A stretch of 64,000 nucleotides of DNA, counting the filler, from an uncultured bacterium (GTDB lineage Bacteria; DAOPZR01): NCBI GenBank assembly GCA_964637655.1. It is 11 parts of 11 records of this genome, joined end to end, with 100 filler letters (N's around TTAATTAATTAA, not from the genome) between each part and the next. Parts side by side here need not be neighbours in the genome. Positions count along the whole stretch, not along the records: positions 59,337 to 64,000 come from CAZWUZ010000292.1; 10 more parts are not named here. One strand, written 5' to 3'. Within the stretch, counting starts at the first letter, position 1; each line of letters opens with the position of its first letter. The notes beneath the pieces are model-generated. The model did not search any database. It saw only the letters and a list, made by a program, of their open reading frames with translations, and was not told the origin of the DNA. The position numbers and the translations under genes were made by a program. Below, one piece after another: positions 63,126 through 64,000 of this stretch.

Positions 63126-64000
63126 GTGAAGATCCATTACCTGATTACCACCCTCGAGGTCGGGGGCGCGGAGCGGATGCTGTACGAAACCGCCCGCCGT
63201 GTCGCGGCCGCGGGGCATACGGTGCGCGTCAGCGCGCTCTTCCCGGATGGCACCGTCGGGGAATGGCTGCGCACGGCGGGCATCCCGGTGCAGGCGGGGC
63301 TGATGCGCTACGGCGGCGACCCGCTCTGCGTGACGCGCTTCGCCGCGGAGCTGCGCGGCTGGCAGCCGGATATCGTCCATACCTGGCTGTTCCACGCCAA
63401 TATCGCGGGACGTTGCGCGGCGAAACTCGCGGGCGTGCCGCGCGTCATCTCCTCCATCCGGGTTTACGACAATCGCCGCTGGCATCACGCGCTTGACCGG
63501 CTGACGCTCGGGCTGGTCGACGCGGTGACGGCGAATTCGACGACGGTGACCGGGCGGCTGACAGCTGATGGCTACCCGCGCGCGAAACTGCAGACCATCA
63601 GCAACGGGGTGGCCGTGCTGCCGGAGCGGCCGGCCTGGCCGGCAGACCTGCCGCGCGACAGTGCGCGGCCGCTGCTGGTCAGCGTCGGGCGGCAGCATCC
63701 GCAGAAGGGGTTCGATGTGCTGCTGCGCGCGCTGGCGCTGCTGCCGGCAGCGCAGCGGCCGCAGACGCTGATCAGCGGGCGCACCGACGCGGCGAGCGCA
63801 GCACTGCAGCAGCTGCGGGCGGAACTCGGGCTGCAGGATGACGTGACCTTTGCCGGCTGGCGTGCCGACGCGCGGATGCTGGCGGCGCATGCCGACGTGT
63901 TCGTGCTGCCGTCGCGCTGGGAGGGGATGCCCAACGCGTTGCTTGAAGCGCAGGCGGATGGTGTCGCCTGCGTGGCGACGGCAGTCGACGGCAGTCGCGA
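63126..64000 (+). CDS. GT4 glycosyltransferase, runs off the window (absent from the ORF track)
   Basis: GTG start; KIHYLITTLEVGGAERML, DIVHTWLFHAN, QKGFD.LL, PSRWEGMPNALLEA. Confidence 0.9.
   Translation, partial: MKIHYLITTLEVGGAERMLYETARRVAAAGHTVRVSALFPDGTVGEWLRTAGIPVQAGLMRYGGDPLCVTRFAAELRGWQPDIVHTWLFHANIAGRCAAKLAGVPRVISSIRVYDNRRWHHALDRLTLGLVDAVTANSTTVTGRLTADGYPRAKLQTISNGVAVLPERPAWPADLPRDSARPLLVSVGRQHPQKGFDVLLRALALLPAAQRPQTLISGRTDAASAALQQLRAELGLQDDVTFAGWRADARMLAAHADVFVLPSRWEGMPNALLEAQADGVACVATAVDGSR

Overview
The window is not one locus. It is eleven unordered fragments of a high-GC, probably diderm bacterial draft genome (likely a MAG), joined by artificial 100-bp N/TTAATTAATTAA/N linkers, so synteny holds only within a contig. 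The nine complete contigs are about 5.75-5.85 kb and sorted by decreasing length. Housekeeping content: ileS-lspA-lgt, recF-DUF721-gyrB-gyrA, rplM-rpsI-argJ, hemW, a transaldolase/FSA, htpG-hsp20, MalY/PatB, MATE, two NhaD paralogues and tRNA-Arg(CCT). Surface-glycan content: GT2, GT4 and GT-C-like transferases, DegT, epimerases and WbpB/WecB-like enzymes. Regulatory content: an ECF sigma/anti-sigma operon, a SigH-like sigma factor, a PAS sensor and a LysM / CHASE2 cyclase / Crp operon. The most interesting unannotated items are: (1) a consensus sigma70 promoter leading into a 33-aa Trp-rich lipopeptide, a conserved hypothetical gene and a compact 6S-like RNA; (2) an orphan double-glycine, Cys-rich peptide precursor; (3) a translationally coupled two-gene module (small YRPxxREY membrane protein plus GT-C-like protein) present on two contigs; (4) a protein with repeated FliG-C-like domains; (5) toxin-antitoxin cassettes whose toxin was lost, next to duplicated or orphan gene 3' ends (including groEL) and REP-like palindromes; (6) a REP-like element read in frame as the linker of a double glycosyltransferase. 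No CRISPR array, transposase, integrase or prophage was recognised. All family assignments are motif recognition by eye, not database searches.
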